From positions 1 to 64,000 of the forward strand of contig JBFMAY010000019.1 of NCBI GenBank assembly GCA_040755455.1: a stretch of DNA of 64,000 nt, read 5' to 3'. The notes beneath the pieces were generated by a model, which did no database searches, was not told the DNA's origin, and worked only from the letters and a program-made list of their open reading frames with translations. A program made the translations under genes and the position numbers. This document shows positions 1 through 9,855 of this stretch, one piece after another; position 1 is the first letter of the stretch; every line of letters begins with the position of its first letter. This stretch comes from Thermodesulfobacteriota bacterium. Lineage in GTDB: Bacteria; Desulfobacterota; Desulfobulbia; Desulfobulbales; SURF-16.

Positions 1-60
1 AGAAAAAATGAAACAATCGTTGGCACTACCTTTTTGAGCTCGGGGAGACACTCGCCTTTG

Positions 61-651
61 TTAAATCAATGGGTTATAGAGTTTTCCTAACAAAAAATCA
101 GCTACAACCTGTAGAAGAAAAGTTAAATATTGCTGTTCTTGGTGCTTTTGGAAAATCTCTCTTGCTGTCTCTTTGCTGAAATCAAATTTATATTTTTTAA
201 TACCTTGAGAAACGATAATCTTTAAAGGAGTGCACTTTTCAATGAACTCACCAGGCGTCATTACATGCTTGGTACCATTTATGGCACCGTCACTTGAAAA
301 ATTCCAAGCACCGACCACTCTAATTTTTGATTTTGGTTGAATATTAAAGGTTCTGGTTTTGAAATCTACTATATGGTTTCTTGTCTGTTGATGCAGTGGG
401 AGTGCCTCGATATGCGGAAAAACAATTACAGCCTCACAGTCAATTGCTGCTCTGTCACCCTTATTTTCAATAATAACCTCTATGCTTGTCACATTATGAT
501 CCCATTGGGAATCATTAGACTTACGGCTTCCACAGATTCCTGGATGCACAGAAACGACTTCAAGCCTCGCCTTATCTCTCATTTGCAAAAATATTGCGAA
601 CAGCGCCAAACAAATACTCAAAATAGAAAGTCCAAATGATATTTCTGTCAT
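61..651 (-). CDS. Hypothetical AT-rich protein with an N-terminal transmembrane helix
   Basis: 196-aa ORF with hydrophobic N-terminus (ISFGLSILSICLALFAIFL); visibly more AT-rich than the neighbouring genes; no family recognised. Confidence 0.6.
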   Translation of the reverse strand: MTEISFGLSILSICLALFAIFLQMRDKARLEVVSVHPGICGSRKSNDSQWDHNVTSIEVIIENKGDRAAIDCEAVIVFPHIEALPLHQQTRNHIVDFKTRTFNIQPKSKIRVVGAWNFSSDGAINGTKHVMTPGEFIEKCTPLKIIVSQGIKKYKFDFSKETAREIFQKHQEQQYLTFLLQVVADFLLGKLYNPLI

Positions 652-696
652 AGTTTTATAATTTCTTCACTTAATCAGCAATAATATGGTCAGTAA

Positions 697-1833
697 TCAC
701 ATGGAAAGCAGATGATCATAAAGCTCATCCGGGGTTATGAGCTGGCCGTCCACCCGGTTATGCCTTACAATCTCCGTGGCAAGATTCACCCGTTTCACCT
801 CTCTGACCACCTGCCCCATATTCATTTCCGGCACCAGAACCCGGCGGCATTGCCGCAGCACGGCGTCCACCGCCTTGCGGGGAAAGGGATAGAGGGTGAT
901 GAGTTGCAGCAGGCCGGCCTTGATCCCCTGGCTTCTGGCCTGCCTCACGGCCCGCAGGGCGGAGCGGGACACCGCGCCGTAGGCGATCACGGCAATTTCC
1001 GCATCCTCCATCATGACAGTCCTGGTCATCTGGATTTCAGCAAAACCATTGGTGATCTTGCGGAACAACCGGCGGATAAAGGCGTCCACCTCCTCGGGCC
1101 GCTCGGTGGGAAAGCCGCGGGCATCATGGATCAGCCCGGTGACATGGTGCCGGTAGCCGCTGCCCATATCAGCCATGGCGGGCACCCCGCGGCTGTTGTC
1201 CTCATAAGGAATATACCACTCCGGCGGCACGGCGGGACGGGTGCGGTCAATCACTGTGATGGTGGCTGGATCGGGCAGGACAAAGGCCTCCCTGGTATGG
1301 GCGACAATTTCGTCCGACAGCACGATAACCGGCACCCGGTACTTCTCTGCAAGGTTAAAGGCGTGGACGGTGATGGCAAAACAGTCGTTCACGGTTGAGA
1401 CGGCCAGGACGATTGCCGGGTGATCACCATGGGTCCCCCATCTGGCCTGCATGACATCGCCCTGGGCAGGGCTGGTGGACATTCCGGTGCTGGGGCCGGC
1501 CCGCATGACGTTGACCACCACACAGGGCACCTCCGCCGCACAGGCAAAGCCAAGATTTTCCTGCATCAATGAAAAGCCCGGACCGCTTGTTGCAGTGAGG
1601 CTTTTTACTCCGGCCAGCGACGCGCCGATGATGGCGCCCATGCCGGCTATTTCATCCTCCATCTGGATAAAGGTGCCGCCGGCAGCCGGCAGCCGGTTGG
1701 ACATCATCTCAGCAATCTCGGAGGCAGGGGTGATGGGATAGCCGGCAAAAAAACGGCACCCGGCGGCCAGAGCCCCTTCCACAAGGGCTTCGTTTCCCTG
1801 CAGCAGCTGACGCTGCATCACTTTATCACCCAT
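697..1833 (-). CDS. oorA: 2-oxoacid:ferredoxin oxidoreductase alpha subunit
   Basis: GNEA..GALAAGCRFFAGYPITPASEI, QMEDEIA, TATSGPGFSLMQE and RAGPSTG motifs; start is ATG 1833 or 1818, overlapping or next to the oorD stop. Confidence 0.93.
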   Translation of the reverse strand: MGDKVMQRQLLQGNEALVEGALAAGCRFFAGYPITPASEIAEMMSNRLPAAGGTFIQMEDEIAGMGAIIGASLAGVKSLTATSGPGFSLMQENLGFACAAEVPCVVVNVMRAGPSTGMSTSPAQGDVMQARWGTHGDHPAIVLAVSTVNDCFAITVHAFNLAEKYRVPVIVLSDEIVAHTREAFVLPDPATITVIDRTRPAVPPEWYIPYEDNSRGVPAMADMGSGYRHHVTGLIHDARGFPTERPEEVDAFIRRLFRKITNGFAEIQMTRTVMMEDAEIAVIAYGAVSRSALRAVRQARSQGIKAGLLQLITLYPFPRKAVDAVLRQCRRVLVPEMNMGQVVREVKRVNLATEIVRHNRVDGQLITPDELYDHLLSM

Positions 1834-2116
1834 CACATGCCTCGCAGACTGCACCATTTTGAGTCTTATCTGATTGATCCTTGCCCCGTTCCGGAAAGCG
1901 GTCGGCAATGGTTATGGCAAAGTCAGGGCAATGAATCTCACAGAAACGGCAGCCGGTGCATGCATCCGGCTGGGCCACCACCGGCCTGCCCTGGGCATTT
2001 CTGCCGAAAACCTCCTGCGGGCAGAAGGCGATGCAGATGCCGCAGGCCTTGCACCAGTCATAAAAAATGGTCTGGCTGAAGAGCTTGCCCTTCTTTTCAT
2101 GCGTTTCCTGTTTCAT
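1826..2116 (-). CDS. oorD: 2x[4Fe-4S] ferredoxin-type delta subunit of 2-oxoacid:ferredoxin oxidoreductase
   Basis: CKACGICIAFCP and CTGCRFCEIHCPDFAI motifs; directly upstream of the alpha subunit. Confidence 0.88.
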   Translation of the reverse strand: MKQETHEKKGKLFSQTIFYDWCKACGICIAFCPQEVFGRNAQGRPVVAQPDACTGCRFCEIHCPDFAITIADRFPERGKDQSDKTQNGAVCEACDG

Positions 2117-2343
2117 CCGCCGGTAACCGTTATCCTCATCCGCGCCAGTTGAAGGACAGCGCCCCCGTATCCGTATTGCTGTTGCCCCATTTTTTTAAGT
2201 ATAGCAGACAACTCACTCAACCAGCCAATATTTTGGGATATATTTACGCAAATGCTCGCTGGGGTGCAGCGTCATTGCAGCATAAACGGCAAGGCGGGGA
2301 AAAAACAGGGAAATGATTCGGGAAAAGGGGCCGGCAACGAGGA

Positions 2344-2913
2344 TCAATGGCCGGAATTTTTGGGCAGCATGGTGATGAGTTTCCGCAGCAAAAAAGAAGA
2401 AGAACCTTTGGTGTCAAAGACCAGCAGGGCGGCAGCGGGCAGTTCGTCGGGGAACTCCATGCTCTCCTGCTGGCGTTGATAGATCTCCCAGGTTCCGTCA
2501 GAAACGGCCTTGGGATTTCTGGCCCGGACCGAGAGACGCCGCCGTGTCTCTTCCTCATCACACCGGCATAGGATGAAAAAAAGCGAGGCCCCGCACTCAG
2601 CCGCACACTGCACCACCCGCTGCCGCTCACTGCGTTTATGATAGGAGCCGTCGAGCACCACGGACTGGTTTCTGCTCAGCTCCCATCTGGCATGCTCAAG
2701 CAGGGCATCATAGGTCATGCGGGTGAACTCCGGGGTGTAGATGCCCTGATGCAAGGCGCTGCCCTGACGCGACTCCGGGGCCTTGCCGGCCAGCTCCTTG
2801 CGCACCACATCCGTGTTGAAATAGGGCAGGGAAAATTCCTTTGCCAGACCCCGGGCCAGGGTGCTCTTGCCGCTGGCGATCAACCCCATGAAGACAAAAA
2901 GGCTAGCCGGCAT
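2344..2913 (-). CDS. P-loop nucleotide kinase (AAA_33 / COG0645-like)
   Basis: Walker A GLIASGKST, then DVVRKEL and VVLDGSY; start ATG 2913 overlaps the upstream gene's stop by 11 bp. Confidence 0.85.
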   Translation of the reverse strand: MPASLFVFMGLIASGKSTLARGLAKEFSLPYFNTDVVRKELAGKAPESRQGSALHQGIYTPEFTRMTYDALLEHARWELSRNQSVVLDGSYHKRSERQRVVQCAAECGASLFFILCRCDEEETRRRLSVRARNPKAVSDGTWEIYQRQQESMEFPDELPAAALLVFDTKGSSSFLLRKLITMLPKNSGH

Positions 2914-3907
2914 ATTGCTCGGCCAGTAGGAAATATTTTTCCGCCTGGGCGAGCGCCCTGGCGCGGGTCGCCTCGTCCACCTCCGGCGCATGGGCGGTGA
3001 ACAGGCCGATCTTGCCGCGCACGTAGGCCCGGTAACATTTATAAAAGGACAACACGGCCAGCAGCCCGGGGTCCCCGCTTGCCGCCACAAAGCGGTCAAT
3101 GAAGAAGCCGGAAAGTGCCTGCAGGCCATGAAAATCGAGATCCATGGCCAGGAAGGCCACATCGCTTGCCACGTCACAGTAGCGGAACCGTTCATTAAAC
3201 TCGATGCAGTCAAAGATATAGACCTTGCCGGCCAGGCAGATATTGGCCGAGTACAGATCGCCGTGACAGTCCTTCACCCGGTTTGCGCTGCGCTCAAGAA
3301 AAAGGGCCTCATTGTGCAGAAAGGAGCGGGCATAGCTGCTGATGGCATCGAACTGCCCCTGCCGCAGCGCCCCCTTGCCGATAAAACCCCTGGTCTGATC
3401 AAAATTTTCCAGGACGTTGACGCTCACCGCCCGGGCCGTGCCGAAGCCGGCGATCTCGCTCCCGCCTGCGGCCCGGTCGTAAAACGGCACCAAGGTGGCG
3501 ACGATGTCATTGATATGGGACTGGTTCAGCTCGCCCCTGGCAATCACCCTGCCCATCATCCGCTCCTGGGGCAGCATCTTCATTCTGACGCCATACTCGA
3601 CCGCTTCGCCGGCCCCGCCGAAGGAGAAACCGGCTTGCGCCCGGCAGACGGGAAAAACATCAAGATAGATGTCCGGACAGAGACGGCGGTTTAAGAGCAG
3701 TTCCTGTTGGCAGAAGTGGCGGCGTTTGTCCAGGGTGGTGAAATCGAGAAAGCCGAAGTTGACTGGTTTCTTGAACTTGTAGACGAAATCCCCAGCCAGC
3801 AGCACATAGGAGATATGGGTCTGCACCAGCTCAACCCTGTCCACCGGGTGATCATGGTGGGCAGGGTCGAGAAACCAGGTAATAAAATCAGGCAGGCTGG
3901 CTGACAT
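2903..3907 (-). CDS. Aminoglycoside-phosphotransferase-like kinase (COG2187-like)
   Basis: QTHISYVLL, YKFKKPVNFGFLDF, DCHGDLYSANI, FDCIEFNERFRYCDVASD and YRAYVRGK motifs. Confidence 0.88.
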   Translation of the reverse strand: MSASLPDFITWFLDPAHHDHPVDRVELVQTHISYVLLAGDFVYKFKKPVNFGFLDFTTLDKRRHFCQQELLLNRRLCPDIYLDVFPVCRAQAGFSFGGAGEAVEYGVRMKMLPQERMMGRVIARGELNQSHINDIVATLVPFYDRAAGGSEIAGFGTARAVSVNVLENFDQTRGFIGKGALRQGQFDAISSYARSFLHNEALFLERSANRVKDCHGDLYSANICLAGKVYIFDCIEFNERFRYCDVASDVAFLAMDLDFHGLQALSGFFIDRFVAASGDPGLLAVLSFYKCYRAYVRGKIGLFTAHAPEVDEATRARALAQAEKYFLLAEQYAG

Positions 3908-3919
3908 CAGGACCTCACC

Positions 3920-5215
3920 TTAGTAACGATAATAGTCCGGCTTGTATGGACCATTTACCGGCACACCGATATAATCGGCCTGCTCCTTGCTCAGGGTGGT
4001 GAGATGGACGCCGATTTTTTTCAGATGCAGACGGGCCACCTTTTCATCGAGCTGTTTGGGGAGAAAATATACTTTTCTCTCCATCTTATCGCTGTATTTC
4101 CACAGTTCGATCTGGGCCATGATCTGATTGGTGAAGGAGTTGCTCATGACGAAACTGGGGTGGCCGGTGGCACAGCCGAGGTTCACCAGCCGGCCCTCGG
4201 CCAGGACAATAATCCTTTTGCCGTCAGGGAAGATCACATGATCAACCTGGGGTTTGATATTTTCCCAGGTGAGTCCACGGATTGAGGCGATATCAATCTC
4301 GCTGTCAAAATGGCCGATATTGCAGACAATGGACTGATCCTTCATGACGTCCATGTGGGACCGGGTAATGACCCGGACATTGCCGGTACAGGTGACGAAG
4401 ATATCGCCCACCGGGGCAGCCTCTTCCATGGTGACCACCCGGTAGCCTTCCATGGCCGCCTGCAGGGCGCAGATGGGATCAATCTCGGTGATCAGCACTG
4501 TGGCGCCCATGCCCCGCAGGGCCTGGGCGCAGCCCTTGCCCACATCGCCGTAACCGCACACCACCGCGGTTTTGCCGGCCACCATCACATCGGTGCCCCG
4601 CTTGATCCCGTCAATCAGGGATTCGCGGCAGCCATAGAGATTATCGAACTTGGATTTGGTCACCGAATCATTGACATTAAAGGCCGGGGCAAGCAGTTTG
4701 CCGGCCCGCATCATCTCGTTGAGCCGGTGCACCCCGGTGGTGGTCTCCTCACTGATGCCCTTCACATCCTTCATCAGTTCAGGATACTTCTCATGCATGA
4801 CCTGGGTGAGATCGCCGCCGTCGTCAAGAATCAGATTCGGCCGCCAGTTATCCGGGCCGAAGATGGTCTGGTCAATGCACCACCAGAACTGCTCCTCGGT
4901 TTCGCCCTTCCAGGCAAAAACGGGAATGCCCGCGGCAGCCATGGCCGCGGCGGCATGATCCTGGGTGGAGAAAATATTGCATGATGACCAGCGCAGCTCA
5001 GCGCCGAGCTCCACCAGGGTTTCCATCAGCACCGCGGTCTGGATGGTCATATGCAGACAGCCGGCGATCCGTGCGCCTTTGAGCGGTTCCTTACCGGCAT
5101 ACTCTTCCCGCACCGCCATCAGACCGGGCATTTCCGTTTCCGCGATGGCGACCTCCTTGCGGCCCCATTCGGCAAGCCCCATGTCCGCTACTTTATAATC
5201 GGTAAATACACTCAT
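3920..5215 (-). CDS. ahcY: Adenosylhomocysteinase
   Basis: [47 protein letters not shown] and GHPSFVMS motifs. Confidence 0.98.
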   Translation of the reverse strand: MSVFTDYKVADMGLAEWGRKEVAIAETEMPGLMAVREEYAGKEPLKGARIAGCLHMTIQTAVLMETLVELGAELRWSSCNIFSTQDHAAAAMAAAGIPVFAWKGETEEQFWWCIDQTIFGPDNWRPNLILDDGGDLTQVMHEKYPELMKDVKGISEETTTGVHRLNEMMRAGKLLAPAFNVNDSVTKSKFDNLYGCRESLIDGIKRGTDVMVAGKTAVVCGYGDVGKGCAQALRGMGATVLITEIDPICALQAAMEGYRVVTMEEAAPVGDIFVTCTGNVRVITRSHMDVMKDQSIVCNIGHFDSEIDIASIRGLTWENIKPQVDHVIFPDGKRIIVLAEGRLVNLGCATGHPSFVMSNSFTNQIMAQIELWKYSDKMERKVYFLPKQLDEKVARLHLKKIGVHLTTLSKEQADYIGVPVNGPYKPDYYRY

Positions 5216-6390
5216 TATTTGTTCCCTTTTAAGCCGGCGGCATCCCGCAGGATGTCCGCCTTGTCGGTTTTTTCCCAGGTAAACTCGGCGCGCTCCCTGC
5301 CGAAATGGCCGTAGGCCGCCGTCTTCTTATAGATCGGCCGCAGCAGATCAAGATGCTGGATGATCGCCTTGGGCCGCAGATCAAAATGGGCCATGACCAG
5401 ATCCCTGATCTTGCCGTTGGGGATCTTTTCCGTGCCAAAGGTATTCACATTAATGGAGACAGGCTTGGAAATACCGATGGCGTAGGCCACCTGCACCTCA
5501 ACCTCGGTGGCAAGACCCGCGGCCACGATGTTTTTGGCCACATAACGCCCCATATAGGAGGAGGAACGGTCAACCTTGGAAGGATCCTTGCCGGAGAAGG
5601 CCCCGCCGCCATGGGATCCCATGCCGCCGTAGGTGTCGACAATGATCTTGCGGCCGGTGACGCCGCAGTCGCCGACCGGTCCGCCGATGACAAAACGGCC
5701 GGTGGGATTGATGAAAAACTTAGTATTCTTATCAATCATGTTCGCGGGCAGCACAGGCTTGATGATCTCTTCCATCACCCCCTCCTTCAGGTCCTCATAA
5801 TCAACAATGGCATCATGCTGGGTGGAAAGGACGACGGCCTCTATTCTTTTGGGACATTTGTGCTCATATTCAATGGTCACCTGGCTCTTGCCGTCAGGCC
5901 GCAGCCAAGGCAAACGACCGCTCTTGCGTACTTCCGCCTGCCTCTTCATCAACCGGTGGGCAAAAGTGATGGGCATGGGCATGAGTACCTTGGTTTCCGA
6001 ACAGGCGTAGCCGAACATGAGTCCCTGGTCACCGGCGCCTTGGTCAAGATCAAGTCCTGTACCCTCGTTGACGCCCATGGCAATATCGGGGGACTGTTTA
6101 TCAATACTGGTCAATACCGCACAGGACTGGGAATCAAAGCCCATCTCGGAAGAATTGTAGCCGATTTCCTTGACTGTATCCCGGACAATCTGGGGCATAT
6201 CCACCCAGGCTGTGGTGGTTATCTCGCCGGCAATGATCACCATACCAGTGGTAACCAATGTTTCACAGGCAACCCTGGCAAATTTGTCCTTGGCCAGGAT
6301 GCCGTCCAGAACGGCGTCGGAAATCTGATCCGCGACCTTATCAGGATGACCTTCGGAAACAGACTCTGAGGTAAAAAGATAGTTTGACAT
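5215..6390 (-). CDS. metK: S-adenosylmethionine synthetase
   Basis: [19 protein letters not shown] and [16 protein letters not shown] motifs. Confidence 0.98.
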   Translation of the reverse strand: MSNYLFTSESVSEGHPDKVADQISDAVLDGILAKDKFARVACETLVTTGMVIIAGEITTTAWVDMPQIVRDTVKEIGYNSSEMGFDSQSCAVLTSIDKQSPDIAMGVNEGTGLDLDQGAGDQGLMFGYACSETKVLMPMPITFAHRLMKRQAEVRKSGRLPWLRPDGKSQVTIEYEHKCPKRIEAVVLSTQHDAIVDYEDLKEGVMEEIIKPVLPANMIDKNTKFFINPTGRFVIGGPVGDCGVTGRKIIVDTYGGMGSHGGGAFSGKDPSKVDRSSSYMGRYVAKNIVAAGLATEVEVQVAYAIGISKPVSINVNTFGTEKIPNGKIRDLVMAHFDLRPKAIIQHLDLLRPIYKKTAAYGHFGRERAEFTWEKTDKADILRDAAGLKGNK

Positions 6391-7503
6391 ATTTCTCCCC
6401 TAAAAAAACAAACAAAATAATGAAAAAATCAACTGGAAACAATTTTTCAAACTACCCGTTTCCGCCTTTGTTCGCAAGTTTTTTCACGGCATACCGCGCA
6501 TGACGTTTGCTAAACAACTCTTACAGGAATGACTGGATTGACTGAGAGCTCTCTACCAAGCACTTACCGCGAAACTCCTGTGGTTCATTCCGCTAATGAA
6601 AACCTGCAACCAATAACACCATAAGCACGTAAGGAAAAACTGCCGCATTTTTCAATTTTACGGAAATTTTTCCATATATCCGTAAAAATACCCATACAGG
6701 AAATATCCCCAAACCATAGCGACCAAAAAATATCATTTTAACAGCAAGTTAGCACAATCAATATGCCTACTGCGAATTTAATCTGGCAGGCGAACTAATT
6801 CGATGAAAGGTATTGACGCATTTGGGCGGATTTTTTTTAACGGGCAACGAACCATAACTCAACCGCCCGCGATGACGCAAATACAATGTGCTATTTGTGC
6901 CAACTGTGCACAATAAAACACATACTGACTCAGCCAGAACAACAAAGCACATCCAGTTGCCTCGTGCACAAACGACCTGCGCAAATTCCTAACCCGACAT
7001 CATGTTTTTGTAAAAATAACGGCTAGTCAGCGACGCACTCAGGCCGCAAACTCACCAGAAAATGTCCAACTGTTCACCAGAAACTGACGACTTAAGAAAT
7101 GAAATGCCACAAACGAATACCCCTTTGAGTTGCTGTGCGCGAATCATTATTTATGCTGTTGTCATGCGCCCTTCACCAACAAGAGAAGACGGGATAGGCT
7201 GTTTTTTAATTACCCTCACCGGCCATCTGCTGGCATACCCCCATCATTAATATTACCGATCCTCCATGCCGACTAATGAATAGTAATTCACCAGAATACA
7301 ACACATAACATTTTGTATTAATTAGTCTATTTAGTAGAAAAAATAAAAAAAATACCCGCCTCCCTGGTGAGTTTAGCAAAATTTTCCGGATATCCGTACA
7401 AATACCTATCCGCCCAATGTTACTGATATTGCTGATAAAGAAAAAATATCGTTAATTCAGCAAGTTACAGGAGAAAAAAAATACCGTCTTTTCGTGTTTC
7501 AAG

Positions 7504-7519
7504 TGGACAACATTTTGCA
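7504..7519 (+). promoter_or_regulatory. Putative sigma54 (-24/-12) promoter for the secreted-protein gene
   Basis: TGGACAACATTTTGCA (GG-N10-GC); IHF-like ATTCAGCAAGTTA at 7455-7467. Confidence 0.55.
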
Positions 7520-7761
7520 TGATTAACATTTGAAACTAAATCCACATTAACAAACAGTACAGGTGGCAAGCTATGCACAATTTAAAGTTTCCTTGTGCGA
7601 TATCATGCCCAATTAACCAGGAAAAAAATAACAGCTACAGTTTCTGAGGAGTTTCTCTTGGGAGTTACAACTTTTCAAGAGAATAAATGAGGGAAGAGTT
7701 ACTGAAACCAGGGGCTGGCAACAGCCCTAATGAGAAAAATGAGGAAAAAAGGAGGAACTGT

Positions 7762-9566
7762 ATGAAACGCTCAATGTATGTCGCAGTATTTGCTTTGTTT
7801 CTGGGTTGCTCGGTGAACGCCCTGGCCGGAAATGGTTACATGGGGGGCACTGGCACCACCACAGCCGGTTCCGGGTCGGGATCCGGGTCGGGATCCGGGT
7901 CTGGCAGCACAGGTGGAAGTACGGATGGAGGCACCACCACTGATGGCCCCTTGACCGACAATGGATCTGACCAGGGATCGCTTTTCGGCGATCTCTATGT
8001 GATCGACCGCTATCTGGGCGGGGAAACCAAAAGAGTACCTGCGGTTGATCCCGTTACAGGAGAACCGGTTCTGGTCCTGGGTAACTGGATTGATGAGGAC
8101 GGCAACCCGGTTATTAATCCCGCCACCGGCTCTCCCTACCAGGTCATGCAGCAGGCCTGGACCACCGCCCCTGCCATCGGCGGTGAACCGAAACTGACCG
8201 AAGGTTTCGGCAGGTACACCATTGTCAATGAAGACACCGGCGAATATGTCATCAACCCCATGACGGGCGACATTTATTATCCCGCGCCGTATCCGAGCCA
8301 GTGCGTGCAACCGGTGGCCGACGCCGTGCGGTGGGGCGACATATCGTCCAAAACCGGTCTCCCGGCAAACCATCTGCCCCTGGTCATTGCCTATGACTCA
8401 ACCTGGGAAAGAACCGAGTGCGAGGTTGAAAGCAGTATTTTTCTGGCCAGTGGCGAAACCTGGGACGGGGTGACCTATTACTCGGACATTTATTACAACG
8501 ACTTGGTGCAGGAGGTTGAATTTGGTCGTCTGAACCTGGGCCGTGCTCCCGATGCGGTTCTGGACCATGCCTTTGATGAAGCCATCAACAATCTCAACAA
8601 CGCCAAAAGCATAGCCGTCGACGCCTCGGGCCGGCTGCTGCTGACCACCGATATCTATGACGAGTTCCTCACCAATCCCGACGGCACCCCGGTATATATC
8701 GAGACCGTGACCAAGGCCATCGACTCAGCCCTGGAAAACCTGGCCCTGTACATCAAACTCATGAAAGACGGGAACCTGATAACCCCGGCGGATGAGCGGG
8801 GCGCCATCGATCGCTCAATCCGCGGCGGCATCCCGCTGTGGAAGCTGCTTGAACTTGAAGACGGACCGTCAAAATCATTGCGGCCCACCATCGATATCGC
8901 GAAGATGCAGGAATTCGGGCTCGGCAATCTGGTTGATGCCTCCAATATCACCACCTACTGGACTACGCGTGATGCAGAGGGCAATTTGGTCGTTTCACTG
9001 GAAGCCTGTGAAGGCTGCGAAGAGTCTCACGGAATTACGACCAAATCTGCAAACGATATGTCGGTCGGCGACGATTTCATTTTCAGCGCCACCTTTGTTG
9101 CCTCGGCAGCAGATAAAACCGGCAGGATGACCATGGACAAGGTTGTTTACCTGAACTCCATTCTGGGCATCAATCTGGTGGTCGGCTACAGCGAGTATGA
9201 TGAAAACGGCGACCCGGTCGACGGGGCCATTAGTTATGCCAAAAACCCGGTGTATTTCAACTATGCCACCAACATGAATCGTACAACAGGATGTCCACCT
9301 TCACCAACCGTGGAAATAAAGTAACGGAACCTGGCGGAGGCAATCCAGCAACCTATGACGGCAACGTCACGGTTCTGGTTGAAGATCCTGCCACACCCGG
9401 CACCTGGGTGCAAACAAACATGCCGATCTTTGAAAACGTCTTCGGCGACGGCACCACTGGTCAGGATTATACCGGCACCGACATCTCGGGCTTTACCGCC
9501 ATGTCCGATGATAATCTGCAAACCATCGGCTATATCCACACCTATCAAATCCCCGGTTTGCGTTAA
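7762..9566 (+). pseudogene. Large acidic secreted protein split by an apparent 1-bp frameshift near 9278 (ORFs 7762-9324 and 9279-9566)
   Basis: Strong SD AAGGAGG then ATG 7762; signal peptide MKRSMYVAVFALFLGCSVNALA; G/S/T linker; the same protein-like composition continues in another frame as SYNRMSTFTNRG...YIHTYQIPGLR; a sequencing error cannot be excluded. Confidence 0.7.
7868..7905 (+). repeat. 12-bp tandem repeat (GGATCCGGGTCG, about 3 copies) encoding a (GS)n linker
   Basis: ggttccgggtcgggatccgggtcgggatccgggtctggc. Confidence 0.8.
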
Positions 9567-9855
9567 GAGCAATCCGGCCTGACAACACCATCCCCGCCTG
9601 CTGCGCTGCCCGCAGCGGGCAGGGATGGCCCCTTCTGCAATCCGCTTCTTCTCAGCCCAGAACAACCCATAAGCCCTGACCGGCAAGACTGATCCGGGCC
9701 ATCCTACCACATGACCAGCTCATATTCCCTTGACAAGGACAAAAAATCCAATCTACTATAGGCATGAGTTATGAATCGACTGCCCTCCCCGCATCCAAGG
9801 CGACAGGCCGAATACAATGACAACCCTGCGCCGTACCGGCCTGCCAAGGAGACCT

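Noticed and set aside
6391..6650. SAM or SAH riboswitch upstream of metK-ahcY
   Set aside because: I could not find SAM-I (AUC..GAG, GCAAC) or SAH consensus elements in the right order on the minus strand; an Rfam scan would be decisive
7564..7577. Second sigma54 promoter TGGCAAGCTATGCA
   Set aside because: GG-to-GC spacing is 8 nt, not the required 10
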